A DNA stretch of 64,000 nt from a virus (lineage: Duplodnaviria; Caudoviricetes): the IMG/VR virus record IMGVR_UViG_3300023105_001349, positions 15,518 through 79,517 of that record; one strand, written 5' to 3'. The stretch's first letter is position 1. Every line of letters starts with the position of its first letter. The position numbers and the translations under genes were made by a program. Of this stretch, positions 46,898 through 54,248 are shown piece by piece. The notes under the pieces were generated by a model. The model was not told the DNA's origin, did no database searches, and worked only from the letters and a program-made list of their open reading frames with translations.

Positions 46898-47593
46898 ACG
46901 CCCATACAAGCCCGTAGAGCAGCTTAAAAAGAACTGATATCCACTTGCATCCTCGCATATTGCATCGTGTACTATAGACGTATCTATTAGGTATAAACGC
47001 CCTGGTTCTACTTCAGTAGTGTCTACTAATTCGTCGTTTACAGCGTATCTTAATTTAATACCATCTGTAGTAGTACCCCAAAGTCTAATCCAAGGACTAG
47101 GTACAGCAGTATCGATGTGTGGTTTAAAATGAGCACCGGGCTTCCAATAAAGTATATTTGAACGCAACCAATGGTTACTAAATTGTTTTAATGGTTGTAA
47201 CGATGGTAAATCCATAACTTCTGTTTCTTGTGTAAAGTCAGTTTCTAGTAATGGATTATCTGGATTCTTTAAATTGTATTCGTATAATGAACCATTTACG
47301 GGATCGTTATGATGTAGTTCGCCTGTTTGATTTACAAGTGCTAACCCGTATCTTGGTAAATGTAAGTGTTCATTCCCCCATTGTTCAAAAAAATCATTGT
47401 ATGCTACAATTTCTTTATTAAATTGTTCAACATCAATTTTTATATCAATAGGAGTTAAAAAGAAAGGATGGAGTCGAGTATAATCTTCCTCGTGAATCCA
47501 TCCTACTAAAGAGTTGTATTTTTGTTTTTGAATGTCAGAAGTTAAAAAAACTTCTTTTGATAATCTAATTATTTCTTCGGAGTTTACCCGCAT
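46877..47593 (-). CDS. Cupin/2OG-Fe(II) dioxygenase-like protein
   Basis: ILYWKPGAHFKPHID (HxD), IRLW, and VEPGRLYLIDTSIVHDA. Confidence 0.65.
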   Translation of the reverse strand: MRVNSEEIIRLSKEVFLTSDIQKQKYNSLVGWIHEEDYTRLHPFFLTPIDIKIDVEQFNKEIVAYNDFFEQWGNEHLHLPRYGLALVNQTGELHHNDPVNGSLYEYNLKNPDNPLLETDFTQETEVMDLPSLQPLKQFSNHWLRSNILYWKPGAHFKPHIDTAVPSPWIRLWGTTTDGIKLRYAVNDELVDTTEVEPGRLYLIDTSIVHDAICEDASGYQFFLSCSTGLYGRLRRLII

Positions 47594-47603
47594 CAATTAC
47601 CTA

Positions 47604-48656
47604 TTAGTGGAAGTTTACCCAGGCAGATCCATCCCAACCTTTAAATTTGCTAGTAGTAGTATCAAAGATAATTTCACCAGCAGTTGGACTACCTGGCTCA
47701 GCACCACCTGCATAACTACCAACTGTTAAACTTGGTACCTTTGCTCTACCTGATGATGGAATTTCTAAATAGTTACCGTTCGCTGTTAATACATTTGAAG
47801 CAGCACCTAATCTGATAGTTGTAGGAACTTCAACGTCTGCAGGTCCAATAGCACCTTCAGTAATTGCACCAATAGTTCCTGCAACAACATAGTCTTGTCC
47901 TGTATATGCTTGGAAACTAAATCCGCCAACAGCATCACCTGCTTGTGGAGCAGTTGGAGCAGAGAAAGAACCTCTATGTGCTTGAGTTACAATAGTTGGA
48001 AATTCAAAAGGACTTACACCAGTTGCACCGTTAAGTACAACACCATTATTAGTAGTGTTTGCTACAACTTTAAAGTTTGCATTTGTAACAGCGTTACCAA
48101 CTTGTACATAATCTGCATCAGCAGTAATTGGCTTTGTTCCAGATACATATAAAGCACCTGTTGCGCCGTCTACTGCTACTGAACTGTCATCTAATTGTAC
48201 AGTACCAATGTGTGTTCCATAAGTATTTGCTTCAATAGATTGAGCAACAACAAGATCTGATCTTACAGTTTTAATAAAGCCTTCTGCCCATCTTGCAGTA
48301 GCGCCGCCTAAATCATAACTATTATCACCATCTGGAGTTAAAGAACTTGCAATCTGGCCTCCAACGATTACGTTATCTTCTGCTCCATCGCCTAAGTTAA
48401 TATTACCTGAGGCTGTAATAGTACCAGTAATGTTTATATTACCTGTACCAACAATGTTATTTCCGTTAAGATCTAAGTTTGTTCCTAGTTGCGGTGTGTT
48501 CTCGTTAACTAGTGTTCCTGAAACTAAAATACCACCTTGTGTGGTACCGTCACCAATAAAAAATTCTCCAGTATCGACTGCAAAGACTGGTTCGCCAATT
48601 TTTGGCGTAATAGATAAACGCTCTGCGTCAGTACCGCGTCTAATTTGTAAGGCCAT
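47604..48656 (-). CDS. Tail fibre-like protein with Mtd/hyaluronidase-type N-terminal motif
   Basis: MALQIRRGT.AER....P..GEP.F..DT...FIGDG.T.GG N-terminus and C-terminal P..GEIIFDTT...FKGWDGSAW. Confidence 0.7.
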   Translation of the reverse strand: MALQIRRGTDAERLSITPKIGEPVFAVDTGEFFIGDGTTQGGILVSGTLVNENTPQLGTNLDLNGNNIVGTGNINITGTITASGNINLGDGAEDNVIVGGQIASSLTPDGDNSYDLGGATARWAEGFIKTVRSDLVVAQSIEANTYGTHIGTVQLDDSSVAVDGATGALYVSGTKPITADADYVQVGNAVTNANFKVVANTTNNGVVLNGATGVSPFEFPTIVTQAHRGSFSAPTAPQAGDAVGGFSFQAYTGQDYVVAGTIGAITEGAIGPADVEVPTTIRLGAASNVLTANGNYLEIPSSGRAKVPSLTVGSYAGGAEPGSPTAGEIIFDTTTSKFKGWDGSAWVNFH

Positions 48657-48689
48657 GTAAATACTCCATCATAATGAATTTGCTACTAG

Positions 48690-48697
48690 TATTTATC
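48690..48697 (-). promoter_or_regulatory. T4-late-like promoter box GATAAATA
   Basis: Intergenic, 33 nt upstream of the fibre-like gene, which has a GGAG SD. Confidence 0.55.
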
Positions 48698-49002
48698 TAT
48701 TTCTTCTTCTTTAAGAACCGCTTGGTCCTTTGTGAAATGTCATTTTTAAGTCGCTGCGTATTAAGCCTAAAGTCAACATTTACTATAGCATCTTCATATT
48801 CTAACATTAGACTTTCTAATGCTTCTTCCATGTTGACTCCATGTGGGTTTTTAGTAAGATCAATGTCCCAAATCTTTCCGTCTGAGAAAGAAATTAATAC
48901 ACTATCAAGATACTCTAGGGGTAATACTTCGATATTAATATCTTTTAGTATTTCGGGCCAATGATCTATTACTTCGCTTGGTAACTTTTTATTCTCAGAC
49001 AC
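48697..49002 (-). CDS. Conserved hypothetical protein (101 aa)
   Basis: Coupled ORF, no motif. Confidence 0.6.
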   Translation of the reverse strand: MSENKKLPSEVIDHWPEILKDINIEVLPLEYLDSVLISFSDGKIWDIDLTKNPHGVNMEEALESLMLEYEDAIVNVDFRLNTQRLKNDISQRTKRFLKKKK

Positions 49003-49627
49003 TTTCAGCAGTCTTCGACTTCTTCTTAGTAGGAACTAGTTCCTCTGCTTGTTCTCGTAGCGCCTTTGCTTCTTTAAATAAGCGATCTGCGTCACTACGG
49101 TATTTAGCGGCTAGTTCTTCGTCAGTCAAGACTTGCTCTTGTGCTTGTTGTGCTGCCTGTACAACATCTGCTGGAGCATCTAAATCAAATTCTTCTACAA
49201 TTAAATCTTCTTTAGGTGCTTTTTTTGCTTCTGGTGCTTCTCTTGGTTTATCTTGTAGAGCTAGATCTGCAACAGTTACACCTTTATTAGTAGCGATTGC
49301 TTCATTAAGTTCATCAAGACTAATAGAAGTTTTAGAGTCCGGAATCATTTCGATTTCAGAAGTTTTAACCTTAGTCATTTTGCCTGTAGTGTGTAATCCT
49401 GCAAGCATATTACGTCCGTCTGGTAAACGGTTACGAGCCATTGCTTCGCCAAACTCGTATGCACTTTGACCTGCATCTGATTCAACTGCTTTAATAAGAG
49501 CATCATGCTCTTCAGCCATTAGATTCTCTGTAGGTACAATAATAGCATACTCGGGTTCGTTTGGAACCACACGATAGGCTACAATTACCTTCCTTTTTGT
49601 AGTTTTAACTCTTCCTACATGTTTCAT
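48995..49627 (-). CDS. Hypothetical protein (210 aa) with charged coiled-coil C-terminus
   Basis: Coupled ORF (TAATG overlap). No catalytic motif. Confidence 0.65.
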   Translation of the reverse strand: MKHVGRVKTTKRKVIVAYRVVPNEPEYAIIVPTENLMAEEHDALIKAVESDAGQSAYEFGEAMARNRLPDGRNMLAGLHTTGKMTKVKTSEIEMIPDSKTSISLDELNEAIATNKGVTVADLALQDKPREAPEAKKAPKEDLIVEEFDLDAPADVVQAAQQAQEQVLTDEELAAKYRSDADRLFKEAKALREQAEELVPTKKKSKTAESV

Positions 49628-49914
49628 TATTTCTCTCCTTCAGGCGCCTCTGCTGGTTTTTGCTGAGCAGCGATTGCCTGTAAAAATGCCTCTAGTTTGG
49701 CATAAGTTTGTCCTACAGTAACCATTTCATTTGGTTTAAATGAACCACGTGAACTAGCAACATCAATAATTGATTTGATTGCAGCTAGGTCTTGTACAGT
49801 AAGATCTGCACCATTTTGTGCAGGGGCTGCACCATTTTGTGCAGATTCTACTTCTGCTTCTGGCGCAGTAGTAGGAGCCTCTGGGGCTGTATTTGCTTTA
49901 ACATTGTCTGTCAT
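49627..49914 (-). CDS. Hypothetical protein (95 aa), A/P/E-rich N-terminus plus helical core
   Basis: AAGGAG SD and a late-like box upstream. Confidence 0.65.
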   Translation of the reverse strand: MTDNVKANTAPEAPTTAPEAEVESAQNGAAPAQNGADLTVQDLAAIKSIIDVASSRGSFKPNEMVTVGQTYAKLEAFLQAIAAQQKPAEAPEGEK

Positions 49915-49942
49915 GTATTACTCCTTTATTAAGTGCTATGTT

Positions 49943-49950
49943 TATTTACT
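49943..49950 (-). promoter_or_regulatory. Late-like box AGTAAATA
   Basis: Overlaps the stop of 49946..50233 and lies 28 nt upstream of the ATG at 49914. Confidence 0.45.
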
Positions 49951-50233
49951 TGTATTTCAAATGTGGACACGCCAAACTGAAATAAGACAATTCTTTTGGA
50001 TCTTCAAAACCTATTTGTAGTGTTTGTACATATTGATTATTTGAATCAAGTGCTGTAATCTTTCCTACATAAAATCGACTTTTTAAGTTTCTATTAATCC
50101 ATTTGATTATTGATTCTTCAAGATTATACATATTCATTTGTATATTCATAATCTCAAAGTGAGGCGGAGGAACCCGTAATTGACGGATTCCAAAAAAGTT
50201 TAACGGGTTAGGATTATCTAGTTTATGCTTCAT
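49946..50233 (-). CDS. Hypothetical protein (95 aa)
   Basis: Coupled to the VWA gene. No motif. Confidence 0.6.
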   Translation of the reverse strand: MKHKLDNPNPLNFFGIRQLRVPPPHFEIMNIQMNMYNLEESIIKWINRNLKSRFYVGKITALDSNNQYVQTLQIGFEDPKELSYFSLACPHLKYK

Positions 50234-51527
50234 AGTGTGCAGTTATTCCAAATGGAGCCTGCAATGATTTATCTCTGTTGCTGTGAATAACAAATACTGT
50301 ATCGCAGTAATCTTCTTCACCCCAACTGTCCCAAGCATATCCATCTGTAAACATTAAGAACTTTTTAGGTTGAATATCGTTGTCGTGCATATAACGCCAG
50401 TTAGCCATAAAGTCAGTGCCACCGCCTCCGTAGATTTCATAATCAATTAGATCTTCACCGCAGTCGGCTGTATAGTCTTGTTCGTTATATACTTCTGTAT
50501 CAAAGCACCAAATTTTAATATTATAGTCCTTGTATTCCTCCATAATACCTTTAACTTCGCCTAAGAAGTCCTGTGCTTGTTCATTGCCAATTGAACCTGA
50601 CATATCAAGTGCAATAGCAATATCAATTGTTTCGTCAAAGTTTTGCCCTGGAAGAATTGCACCAGTGTGCCAACCCTTACGTCCAGGACGTTGGAAAGTA
50701 AAATCGCTTTTAATTGTGCTTTGGATTTGTTGACGTAGTAGTTCACGCCAATTCATCTTAGGTTCAGTAAGTTCTTTAATCATACGTGCAACACCTGCTG
50801 GAACATTACCTGCACCTGCACTTTGTGCTGCCGCTAACATTGCTTCTTTAATTTCGTCTTTAATTTCTTTAAGTTGTTCTTTAGAATACTTAGGACGTTT
50901 CTTACTTACTTTATTACCGTTGCTATCAGTTGTTTCTTCGCCTTCGTTGCCTTCTTGATCACCTTCGTCACCATCTAAGTGTTCGTCTAACATTTCGCCA
51001 AGTTCTTCTAAAAACTCTTTACCTCGTTCTTCTGCTTCTTTAAATAGTTCTTCATATACTTCTTCTGAAGTCCAACCGTCATATTTAAAATCTTGGAAAC
51101 AATCTACAATGCTAGGTTTAGTACCAATACGATCACGTACTAGTGTATTGTTTACAATATAATCTGCGGCAATATTAAACAACATTGGATTTCGGTCATC
51201 TCTACGTCCAATGTGATCAAATACCATGTGTAAAATTTCGTGTGCAACAACAAATTCAATTTCCTTATTTGTCATTGCATTAAAGAATTGAGTGTTATAG
51301 TATAAGTTGCGTCCATCTACTGCGGCAGTAGGAAGCCATTCGTCTGCTGCCAAAATGCGCAAACGAGTAGCCATATTACCAAAGAAAGGATGACGTAGTA
51401 GTAAGCCTACTCGTGCAACAACAATGCGGTCATATACTTCAACACGCATTTCTTCTAATTGTTCTGGAGTAATATTGGGATCAGGTGCCCAATTTTTAAG
51501 TTTACTTGCAGTTTCTTTCGTAGACAT
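50223..51527 (-). CDS. Putative metallopeptidase + VWA domain protein (DUF2201-type)
   Basis: HExxH in FVVAHEILH, acidic linker, and VWA MIDAS IALDMSGS...GGGTDF...FTDGY. Confidence 0.85.
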   Translation of the reverse strand: MSTKETASKLKNWAPDPNITPEQLEEMRVEVYDRIVVARVGLLLRHPFFGNMATRLRILAADEWLPTAAVDGRNLYYNTQFFNAMTNKEIEFVVAHEILHMVFDHIGRRDDRNPMLFNIAADYIVNNTLVRDRIGTKPSIVDCFQDFKYDGWTSEEVYEELFKEAEERGKEFLEELGEMLDEHLDGDEGDQEGNEGEETTDSNGNKVSKKRPKYSKEQLKEIKDEIKEAMLAAAQSAGAGNVPAGVARMIKELTEPKMNWRELLRQQIQSTIKSDFTFQRPGRKGWHTGAILPGQNFDETIDIAIALDMSGSIGNEQAQDFLGEVKGIMEEYKDYNIKIWCFDTEVYNEQDYTADCGEDLIDYEIYGGGGTDFMANWRYMHDNDIQPKKFLMFTDGYAWDSWGEEDYCDTVFVIHSNRDKSLQAPFGITAHYEA

Positions 51528-51556
51528 TACCTAACCCTTTTTAAGTTTATGTGTAT

Positions 51557-51585
51557 ATTATAGCAATATTTAATCAGTTTGTCAA
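51557..51585 (-). promoter_or_regulatory. Perfect extended sigma70 promoter TTGACA-N17-(TGn)TATAAT
   Basis: Minus strand TTGACA at 51585-51580 and TATAAT at 51562-51557, upstream of the VWA gene. Confidence 0.9.
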
Positions 51586-51588
51586 CCT

Positions 51589-51622
51589 TAAAAAGAAAGA
51601 ATGGGCCCAAAAGAGCCCATTC
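51589..51622 (-). terminator. Rho-independent terminator after the MoxR ATPase gene
   Basis: Minus strand stem GAATGGGCTC-TTTT-GGGCCCATTC (with one G.U pair) followed by TTTCTTTTT. Confidence 0.8.
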
Positions 51623-51630
51623 CTGTATTG

Positions 51631-52719
51631 TTATGCCGCTTGCGCCGCATTAATATACTTGCCGTATCGTTCGTGGAATTCATCGAAGCACTCGATTTCA
51701 TCCGGGTCAATGGGCAATGAATACTGAGTGATTGCGAGTTTAATACCCATAACAACCAACTCAGTATCAAAGTTATCCATTGCAAAACGCATGAAGTTAT
51801 TAACTTTATCGTCAAACTTCTTGTCGTTTTTATCAGATGCTTCCTTCAGCTCATAACAGAGCGAGACCGTTAAGGAATACATTGCACTAATTTCTTTAGT
51901 CTGTAGCTCTTTTACCTTACCATTAAGAATGTCTGTTGGGTTAGGCATCTGTGACGCACTATTACGGTGCGCCATAAACTTGACTGCAAGACCTTCGCCT
52001 ACTGAACCCGATACAAGATCGGTAAGCGTGTTTTTGTCCAAGTTGTCATCTAACAGCTCAGATACAAACGACCAACTACGTGGTGTTGCAAATGAACGGC
52101 TTGGTGACTTAGGATCAAAATCATACAAGTCCTTTTTGCTAAAAGTCAAGTAGCCAACAACGTCCTTGTGGATGTTATTAGCAACTGCCCACTGGAACCA
52201 ATCGTCAAAGCCGACAGTAAGTTCCAAGTGAACAAAACGGTTTGCCAACGGAGCAGGCATACGATATGTAACACCTTTATCTGCTTCGCGGTTACCTGCC
52301 GCAACAATCATTACATTGTCTGGCAGTTTATATTGTCCTACACGACGATTTAGAATGAGCTGGTATGCTGCCGCTTGTACGCTTGGCGCTGCCGAGTTCA
52401 TCTCGTCTAAGAACAAAACAATAGTGTCATATTGAGCTGCCATTTCTTCATCTGGCAGTTCTGCTGGTGCGCCCCACACCATTTTGTTATCGTTTGCAGA
52501 GTAGTATGGAATACCTTTAATGTCTGTAGGTTCCCATAGTGATAAACGAATATCAATAAGATGTGAGTTTGTAAAACTTTCTGTAATCTGTTTTACGATA
52601 TCAGACTTACCAATACCTGGAGGTCCCCACAAAAAGATAGGACGTTTTTTGGTAAGTGCGTGAGTAATCGATGCTTTCGCGTTATTCGGTGTCACTTGAC
52701 GTGTGCTTGTTGCTTCCAT
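51631..52719 (-). CDS. MoxR-like AAA+ ATPase
   Basis: Walker A GPPGIGKS, Walker B VLFLDEMN, sensor AAGN, LANRF Arg finger, ATPRSW. Adjacent to a VWA gene. Confidence 0.9.
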   Translation of the reverse strand: MEATSTRQVTPNNAKASITHALTKKRPIFLWGPPGIGKSDIVKQITESFTNSHLIDIRLSLWEPTDIKGIPYYSANDNKMVWGAPAELPDEEMAAQYDTIVLFLDEMNSAAPSVQAAAYQLILNRRVGQYKLPDNVMIVAAGNREADKGVTYRMPAPLANRFVHLELTVGFDDWFQWAVANNIHKDVVGYLTFSKKDLYDFDPKSPSRSFATPRSWSFVSELLDDNLDKNTLTDLVSGSVGEGLAVKFMAHRNSASQMPNPTDILNGKVKELQTKEISAMYSLTVSLCYELKEASDKNDKKFDDKVNNFMRFAMDNFDTELVVMGIKLAITQYSLPIDPDEIECFDEFHERYGKYINAAQAA

Positions 52720-52761
52720 TTTGTATTCCTCTTAAGTGCATTAGTGCTTTAATGTATGTAT

Positions 52762-52790
52762 ATAATAACAAAATAAGGGGGTGTTGTCAA
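52762..52790 (-). promoter_or_regulatory. sigma70 promoter TTGACA-N17-(TGn)TATTAT
   Basis: Upstream of the MoxR gene, which has an AGAGGA SD. Confidence 0.8.
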
Positions 52791-52808
52791 GAACTTTTTT
52801 ACCAAAAA

Positions 52809-53195
52809 CTAGTCTTTTTGCTGTCTTTTGAGTGCTTTGTTTAGTCCGTACTTGCGTATATCTCCGCTAAACAAGTGTAATTCCATTGCTTTCTTCTCGT
52901 CAGTAACGGTAATACTGCGCCTGCCCATATAATACGGGCAGGTAATAAATTTATCTAAAAAGATAACTGTTTGTGTTGTAAGCTCGAAGTCTTTTGGATA
53001 TGGAACATCATATGTTGCTAAATCCAATTCTTCTTTAAGAAATCGAAATCCTTCATCTGTTAATCTTAGTCCGCCTTGATCCTTTACTCTAGTGTTTTGC
53101 CACCAGATAGGCATATACTCTTTCATTGTAGCCTCTGTGACTGCAATGTCAGATTGCTTTAAAAAAATTTTAGTATATGTTTCTTTCCAGTTCAT
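52809..53195 (-). CDS. Conserved hypothetical protein (128 aa)
   Basis: Clean ORF in the minus-strand run. Confidence 0.6.
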   Translation of the reverse strand: MNWKETYTKIFLKQSDIAVTEATMKEYMPIWWQNTRVKDQGGLRLTDEGFRFLKEELDLATYDVPYPKDFELTTQTVIFLDKFITCPYYMGRRSITVTDEKKAMELHLFSGDIRKYGLNKALKRQQKD

Positions 53196-53196
53196 T

Positions 53197-53487
53197 TTAG
53201 TCTAAGGGGATTTCGTCACCCTTATTTAGTTTAACTACTGTAAAGTCATTACAACTAAACAGTTCGTTTAACTTCTTTGCTAAATTGATTGCATGTCCTG
53301 GATTTGAGAAAGATACCTTTTTATATTTAGGTCCTGGATAGTTAGTTAGCATATTAGCAGACTTAAGATTAAATGGCTGCGATTTAAAAAATACAGCCCA
53401 GATGGCTTCGGCCTCTAGAATTTGCTCACTCTTGTATGTTTTTTTATCTATATGTTCTAATAGAACGTTTGGCTTTGGCCTACTCAT
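53197..53487 (-). CDS. Conserved hypothetical protein (96 aa)
   Basis: AAGGAA SD. The start codon lies in a hairpin (see findings). Confidence 0.65.
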   Translation of the reverse strand: MSRPKPNVLLEHIDKKTYKSEQILEAEAIWAVFFKSQPFNLKSANMLTNYPGPKYKKVSFSNPGHAINLAKKLNELFSCNDFTVVKLNKGDEIPLD

Positions 53488-53524
53488 ATGCGTAATTCCT
53501 TTATTAACTACGCATATATTTATC
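53486..53524 (-). promoter_or_regulatory. Late-like box GATAAATA plus a start-codon-sequestering hairpin
   Basis: 9-bp perfect inverted repeat ATATGCGTA (53486-53494) / TACGCATAT (53509-53517) with the SD in the 14-nt loop. The box occupies 53517-53524. Confidence 0.65.
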
Positions 53525-53548
53525 TCTTTTTGAGGTTATCTTAGCAGT

Positions 53549-53797
53549 TTATTTCCAGCCTGTTCCGCCGTCCATACGCACTTCGATAATTTCGTCTGTG
53601 CCTTCTGCTTTGCGAATAATAATTTCTTCGAGATTGCCGTTAAGTCTTGCCATTACTTCGCCTAGTGTAAATGCAAGACGTTTTGCGTTTTGAATATCTA
53701 GTTTAACTTCTTTAGCATTGCCCATATCAGCACTTTTAACTTGAGATATAAATTGTTGTATAGGTGCTGTATTTAAAGGTTCATTTTGCGTTGACAC
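53549..53797 (-). CDS. Hypothetical protein (82 aa)
   Basis: Overlaps the upstream gene, GGAG SD. Confidence 0.55.
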   Translation of the reverse strand: MSTQNEPLNTAPIQQFISQVKSADMGNAKEVKLDIQNAKRLAFTLGEVMARLNGNLEEIIIRKAEGTDEIIEVRMDGGTGWK

Positions 53798-54248
53798 GAC
53801 TTAACTCCTGACGCATTTCAATATCTGTTTTAAATGGACCTTTTACTTCGTATCTTTCACAAGTAATTAGTTTAGGACAAAAACTTTTAACCCAACCTTT
53901 TTCAAATCTAACAACATAATATCCTGCACAATATAAACTCTTAGATTTTTTACTTTTTGTAAACAATGGAAGTTTACGTTGTACATCATACATTGGGTTA
54001 TGTGGTACACAACTTGTAGGAAACCCGTGTACTTCTTTGTCAGGAACTGTTTCTGTAATAGCAAGTTTAGTCCATTCTAAATTCTTGCCTAACTTTCTTT
54101 GTAATTGCTTCTCTGTAAGAAATCGTGTTCCACTAGAATCGCTTAACATATATTGATCATCAGATAGTGATAGTGTTCCAATACGTACACCTTCATCTTC
54201 CATAATCCAAAACTTACCGTTTAAAACTTCTTTCGCTTTTACTGTCAT
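53781..54248 (-). CDS. Hypothetical protein (155 aa)
   Basis: Coupled to the exonuclease gene (ATGA overlap). Confidence 0.6.
   Translation of the reverse strand: MTVKAKEVLNGKFWIMEDEGVRIGTLSLSDDQYMLSDSSGTRFLTEKQLQRKLGKNLEWTKLAITETVPDKEVHGFPTSCVPHNPMYDVQRKLPLFTKSKKSKSLYCAGYYVVRFEKGWVKSFCPKLITCERYEVKGPFKTDIEMRQELSRVNAK

Noticed and set aside
47593-47606. TAGGTA-N4-ATG before the dioxygenase at 46877..47593 as another leaderless late start
   Set aside because: Both the sequence and the spacing deviate from the TAARTA-N5 pattern.
48978-49469. 163-aa plus-strand ORF
   Set aside because: Antisense to a coupled minus-strand gene. Its S/L/A-rich composition is typical of a shadow frame.
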